Both the position numbers and the translations under genes were made by a program. A DNA stretch of 64,000 bases from Bacteroidota bacterium (GTDB taxonomy: Bacteria > Bacteroidota > Bacteroidia > Cytophagales > Cyclobacteriaceae), in NCBI GenBank assembly GCA_038746525.1, contig JBCDKO010000002.1, positions 1,733-65,732 of the forward strand. The letters run 5' to 3'. Below the pieces are notes generated by a model that saw only the letters and a list, made by a program, of their open reading frames with translations, did no database searches and was not told the DNA's origin. Positions 59,529 through 64,000 of the stretch are shown one piece after another. How positions within the stretch are numbered: position 1 is the stretch's first letter; every line of letters starts with the position of its first letter.

Positions 59529-60098
59529 TTGAATCAATATTCCGATTTAATGGAGGTAGGAAGTTATTGCGAAACAGAAATTCTAAAAGAATGTAAGAAA
59601 GATCCTGAAGCTTTCGAAGCAGTATACAATTATTACTTTGATACTATATTTCTTTTCATTAAGAAACGAATTAATGATAAAGAAACCGCATTTGACATAA
59701 CCCAGCAAGTATTTTTCAATGCTTTGACAAATCTTAAAAATTATCAGCTGAAGGGGTTACCATTCTCATCTTATTTATTCAAGATTGCCATAAACGAGTG
59801 CAATCAACACTTTAGAAACAAGAATAAAATAAGGTATATATCTATCAATGAGAAATCAATAAATCTGTTATCGGAAGACCTCTTATGGGTTGACCATAAA
59901 GAAAAACTAATTGCAAGGCTAGAACAAGCTGTCCGAAGTCTCAAACACAAAGAGTTATTTCTAATAGAACTCCGATATTTCGAGCAAGAGAGTTTTAAGA
60001 AAATCTCTCAACTATTGGGAATAAGTGAGAATAATTGTAAGGTCAAAGTTCACAGAATAATTAAAAAGCTAAAAAAGCATTTCAAGCGTGAAGAATAG
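59529..60098 (+). CDS. ECF RNA polymerase sigma-70 factor
   Basis: AFEAVY..Y, AFDITQQVF, YLFKIAIN, region 4 ELRYFEQESFKKISQLLGISENNCKVKVHR; start may be ATG 59550. Confidence 0.93.
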   Translation: MNQYSDLMEVGSYCETEILKECKKDPEAFEAVYNYYFDTIFLFIKKRINDKETAFDITQQVFFNALTNLKNYQLKGLPFSSYLFKIAINECNQHFRNKNKIRYISINEKSINLLSEDLLWVDHKEKLIARLEQAVRSLKHKELFLIELRYFEQESFKKISQLLGISENNCKVKVHRIIKKLKKHFKREE

Positions 60099-60816
60099 GA
60101 TCAAGATACTAATTGAAAATCCACAAACCGGCGGTACGGAAAATGTAAAGAAAGACTTTAAAGGTGTTGTGAATCAATACAATGATTATAAGAAAGTCAT
60201 AAAGCAATATTACCTATTAAGAGTTTCTTATGGCTTATTGCTTATCGTACTTCTTTCAATTGTCTATTTGCAAAAAGGTTCTGATGCTGATACTCCGGAT
60301 CGCATTATGGTTTCACAAGGAATAACAGGACCCTTACCCCTCAAATCAAATTATCCGCCAAAAATTATTTTCTCTTATGATTCTACTAGTATGAAGAAGC
60401 CTAAATCTTTCAATAAAAAAAACAAAACACTGATTATTCCTCCTAATATCAAGCCTCAGACCGCAAAGAGCAATCCTCTTTCCAAGCCCCTTAAAAAAGA
60501 GATTAAACTAAACGCTCCTTGCGAACCAGTAGACGGTTACCCTCATCTTTATAGATTTTTTTCATCCAACTTTATCTATCCTCAGGAATTTGATTCTGAT
60601 TCCATTGAAGGAGTGGTTAAGGTTGGGTTTACAATAAATACGGATGGCTCTGTTTCTAATATACGTGTATTGAAATCGTTGGGGATAGCATTTGACAAAG
60701 AAGCCGTTCGGTTAGTGAAATGTATGCCAAAGTGGAGACCTGCCATAAAAAATGGCATTGTCATTCCATCAAATTTGATAATCCCTATAAGGTTTGAAGT
60801 TGGTAACCGTGAATAA
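60088..60816 (+). CDS. TonB C-terminal domain protein with N-terminal cytoplasmic segment and one TM
   Basis: TM at about aa 45-62, Pro/Lys-rich linker, YP..IEGVVKVGFTINTDGSVSNIRVLKSLG..DKEAVR..KWRPA..NG. Confidence 0.88.
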   Translation: MKNRIKILIENPQTGGTENVKKDFKGVVNQYNDYKKVIKQYYLLRVSYGLLLIVLLSIVYLQKGSDADTPDRIMVSQGITGPLPLKSNYPPKIIFSYDSTSMKKPKSFNKKNKTLIIPPNIKPQTAKSNPLSKPLKKEIKLNAPCEPVDGYPHLYRFFSSNFIYPQEFDSDSIEGVVKVGFTINTDGSVSNIRVLKSLGIAFDKEAVRLVKCMPKWRPAIKNGIVIPSNLIIPIRFEVGNRE

Positions 60817-63550
60817 TCAGCGTGTTTATCTGTTCTGGATATACATTATCCTGTTCGTTTTCCAAACTAGTGGTCAAAAGTTCGGTTCCTGTGGAGAGCT
60901 TTTACCCGGCCCAGAAGAAAGAAAAGCGATAAAAGAAAGCTTTCTAAAATGGAAAAATCGTTCTGTTGATATAAAAGATATTTCTCAAGAAGTAACTATT
61001 CCTGTGGTATTTCATTTTATGGATAATGATGCTCAGTTCTCAGTGACTACACTCGAAAGCCTGGTCAATCGAGTAAATCGAGCTTTTGCAAATCAGGGTG
61101 AATACGAGACCTACTATGGTATAGATTCTAAAATACGATTTTGCCTGTCCAACAGGACCCCTGATGGAGGAGTCTCCAATGGTGCAAATCTGATCAGCTC
61201 CAGATATGAGAATTTCGATTTCGATCTGGAATTAGAGGATTTTGTAGCGCATATTTCCTGGGATGTTACAAGGTACCTAAACATATGGGTTGCAAACTCT
61301 ATTCGTGCCGAACACTCTGTTCTGACTTTATACGATGGTAAAAATTGGTGGTCCAGACCAGGATTACCGGCTTTTGCTTTACCAGGACAAGGTGTTGTAC
61401 TTACGAGTTTAGATGCCAGTACCTTAATCCATGAACTTGGGCATTACCTGGGGCTTCTTCATCCATTTGAAGGATTTTTGACTGAGGAGCAATGCCGGAA
61501 CAATGACTGCCTGATAGACGGAGACATGGTTTGTGACACACCGCCTGACAAAAATGTATTCGGACCATGTGAAGTTAATTCTTGCAATACGGATACACTT
61601 TCCAACTACAGCAATCAGATCTTCTTCAAAGATACACTGGACATGGGGTCCAATTTCATGGATTATAATGGATGTCCTATAGAATTTAGCCATGGTCAAA
61701 TAGAGCGAATGCATTTTATTATTGAGGATAAATATCCAAACTTGCCTATTGAGAAAAATGAAGCCGCTCAATGTGAGAAGCCGTGCGATTTAGAAACTAT
61801 AGGCGTAAGAGTAGATACTGATTTACTTATCACAGGTCAACAGGTTACATTCACTAGCTCAGGAGGATCTTATGATAACTATGAATGGTTCCTTTCTCGA
61901 GGTATTAATAGTTGGAAATCTATGCCATTACCTTCTGATTTAGTGAACACGTCAAAATCCCTAAATTATACTTTTGATAATCCGGGATGGTATACTGTTT
62001 TTTTAAAAGCATGGAATGATATTGATGCATCATGCTACACTTCTTTTTATAGAAATGTGATGGTGACGTGTGGTGTGGATGCCAGATTCTCACCGAATAA
62101 ACGAAGAAATGCTTCCAAGCAACCTCATCTCTTATTTACAGATTCGGTAACCTTTACTAATTATTCAATTGGAGCAAATAGCTACGAATGGAGTGTAAAA
62201 TTTTCTGATAGGAACGGTGAGACTTCATTTCCTGAATTTAAACCTACAGATGAGCATCTTACCTATTTATTGTCAGAACCTGGGGAATATGAAATTCAAC
62301 TAACTGCAAGCAACTTTACATGTAAAGATACATCCAGTACACTTTTGCTATCCGTCATTGACCCAACGATGGATGGATCACCTGTTATTGACACAATTTT
62401 CTGTGTAAACGATGAGAGCATATTAGTCAAAGTCTCTTTGTTCAATTTTGGCTTTGACACGATTAATGCAGCAACACCTATCTCGTTTTATGATGGAGAC
62501 CCTAGAGAAAATAATGGAAGTAGACTTTTAGAAAGTCATGTGCTGCCTACAAGGATTTTTGGACTAAATGAACTCCTTGGTTACGCAAAAGATACTTTTG
62601 ATTTCTATGTAAAGGCCAACTATGACCTGCTAGATACTGTATTTGTTGTTTTTAATGACGCTGGGACTTCGAGCTTTCCGATACTATTTCCTCAAGATGA
62701 CAAAGATGTTTTAAGCACTAGTAGTCAATTTCCATCGAGTGGCCTTACAGAATTAACTTATACAAACAACTATGCATTTTACAATATAAAAATACCTGAT
62801 CCATACCAGGACATCTCAGCCTGCTTGGGAGAAGAGTTAATATTTAATCAGAATATATCATGCGTGCAGACAGTGTCATGGAGCTCGATGAATCAAGGTT
62901 TTTTAGGTGATAGTTTATCTATTTCCTATACTGTGACTGGGAATGATATTATTGAAACTAGTAGAGAATTGTCAACCGGTGAAGTTCAAAAAGACAGCTT
63001 CCGAATTATTGTTAGCTCCCCCAAAATCGAGATTCCTCAGGAAGTCTACCGAATCCAAAAAGGTGAAATAGTAAAACTTCAAGTCACAGCCAAACCAAGG
63101 GATAGTATTTCTTGGAGTCCAATTTCATCTCTTGACAATGCCTTCATCAGATCACCAAAAGCCAATCCATCCCAAACTACCATCTACACAGTACAAATTA
63201 TAGATTCTTTAGGATGTATCACTTCTGGTGAGATAACAGTATATGTATTGTCTGATGGGTATATACCCAATTTATTTACACCTAATGGAGATGGCAACAA
63301 CGACAAATTGTTTATCTACGGTCTGGATGGAGTAGAAATTTTCTCCTTTAAAATATTTAACCGAGTAGGTAATATAGTATACTACTCTACCAATGCTGAA
63401 GATATGATAATTAATGGCTGGGATGGTCACTGGAATTCCACGAAACAGCCTTCGGGCGTATTTTATTGGCAGATATCCGGTAGATATGTTGATGGAACAC
63501 CTCTGAGATTAAACAATGCAGAAACAGGAATTATACATCTGGTGAGATAA
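60794..63550 (+). CDS. M43 (pappalysin/ulilysin-like) zinc metalloprotease with PKD-like domains and T9SS type-B CTD
   Basis: HELGHYLGLLH, Met-turn NFMDY, N-terminal SCG (possible Cys switch), CTD YIPNLFTPNGDGNND..IFNRVG..WDG..SGVFYW..GIIHLVR. Confidence 0.92.
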   Translation: MKLVTVNNQRVYLFWIYIILFVFQTSGQKFGSCGELLPGPEERKAIKESFLKWKNRSVDIKDISQEVTIPVVFHFMDNDAQFSVTTLESLVNRVNRAFANQGEYETYYGIDSKIRFCLSNRTPDGGVSNGANLISSRYENFDFDLELEDFVAHISWDVTRYLNIWVANSIRAEHSVLTLYDGKNWWSRPGLPAFALPGQGVVLTSLDASTLIHELGHYLGLLHPFEGFLTEEQCRNNDCLIDGDMVCDTPPDKNVFGPCEVNSCNTDTLSNYSNQIFFKDTLDMGSNFMDYNGCPIEFSHGQIERMHFIIEDKYPNLPIEKNEAAQCEKPCDLETIGVRVDTDLLITGQQVTFTSSGGSYDNYEWFLSRGINSWKSMPLPSDLVNTSKSLNYTFDNPGWYTVFLKAWNDIDASCYTSFYRNVMVTCGVDARFSPNKRRNASKQPHLLFTDSVTFTNYSIGANSYEWSVKFSDRNGETSFPEFKPTDEHLTYLLSEPGEYEIQLTASNFTCKDTSSTLLLSVIDPTMDGSPVIDTIFCVNDESILVKVSLFNFGFDTINAATPISFYDGDPRENNGSRLLESHVLPTRIFGLNELLGYAKDTFDFYVKANYDLLDTVFVVFNDAGTSSFPILFPQDDKDVLSTSSQFPSSGLTELTYTNNYAFYNIKIPDPYQDISACLGEELIFNQNISCVQTVSWSSMNQGFLGDSLSISYTVTGNDIIETSRELSTGEVQKDSFRIIVSSPKIEIPQEVYRIQKGEIVKLQVTAKPRDSISWSPISSLDNAFIRSPKANPSQTTIYTVQIIDSLGCITSGEITVYVLSDGYIPNLFTPNGDGNNDKLFIYGLDGVEIFSFKIFNRVGNIVYYSTNAEDMIINGWDGHWNSTKQPSGVFYWQISGRYVDGTPLRLNNAETGIIHLVR

Positions 63551-64000
63551 TGAGAAAACTGCTACTTTCAATGTTGCTTTCCATCTTCTTGATAATTTAC
63601 AGTATGGGTCAAAGCCCCGTATACTCTCTATATTACTTTGCTAATTCGGCGATTAATCCAGCCAAAATCAACCAAAACAATAACATTGAAGCCAGTGGGG
63701 TTTTTAGATCTCAAAAAACCACATCGGATACTGACTTAAAAACGGCATTTTTGGATCTATCCTATCCATTTTTCAATGAAAAAAAACGCTGGTCCAGTTT
63801 AGGTCTTTCTTTCACTAGTGATAGATCTGGGATAGATGGAATATTTCAAACAGACGAAGTATATCTCAATTATGCAGTTACTGTAGTACTCAAACGTCCC
63901 AATATCATAAGTCTAGGTACATCTATTCGATATGTCAATTCTGGAATAAATACTGATCGGCTATTCACAGGAAGCCAGTTTGAAGAAGAGTTTGGCTTTA
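63550..64000 (+). CDS. PorP/SprF family T9SS membrane protein (partial, runs off window end)
   Basis: TAATG overlap; MRKLLLSM..QSPVYSLYY..AINPA..FRSQ..LGLSFTSDRSG; open frame to base 64000. Confidence 0.88.
   Translation, partial: MRKLLLSMLLSIFLIIYSMGQSPVYSLYYFANSAINPAKINQNNNIEASGVFRSQKTTSDTDLKTAFLDLSYPFFNEKKRWSSLGLSFTSDRSGIDGIFQTDEVYLNYAVTVVLKRPNIISLGTSIRYVNSGINTDRLFTGSQFEEEFGF

Noticed and set aside
1-64000. CRISPR arrays, IS elements, prophage, rRNA
   Set aside because: No spaced repeats, transposase, integrase, phage structural genes or rRNA signatures seen

Overview
64 kb of chromosomal DNA from a Bacteroidota bacterium. Gene content (ACIII-aa3 operon, T9SS type-B cargo plus PorP, TAnnTTTG promoters) suggests a Cytophagales-type organism; this is inference. 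Left to right: (1) 1-13.6 kb, a tightly packed minus-strand operon of at least nine genes behind a duplicated Fur-box-like operator: TonB-dependent transporter, DUF4374/XusB-like lipoprotein, two DoxX-like proteins around an unknown lipoprotein, a MATE exporter, and an ABC ATPase flanked by two paralogous ABC-2-permease/M1-peptidase fusions. The fully visible fusion has lost all M1 catalytic residues. This is the best candidate for an undescribed system (iron-chelate import coupled to export/recycling). (2) tRNA-Pro(TGG). (3) 14.8-38.3 kb, one minus-strand run: actABCDEF, aa3 oxidase subunits, heme O/A synthases, a SCO-like protein without copper ligands, DUF420, a small CAMC protein, DUF983, an orphan histidine kinase and a large SprA-like outer-membrane protein, with a near-palindromic Fur-like box upstream. 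(4) Mixed metabolism: serine hydrolase, SerB-SerA fusion, Cys-less YtxJ-like protein, SerC, UspA, SF1 helicase, FAD oxidoreductase, a CBS pseudogene, PadR plus ABC permease, SRPBCC-GyrI, HDAC, an EF-hand protein overlapping argD. (5) 59.5-64 kb, a coupled ECF sigma / TonB-C protein / M43 protease with T9SS type-B CTD / PorP-SprF module. No integrase, transposase, CRISPR or rRNA seen. All family assignments are from motif recognition by eye; no searches were run.
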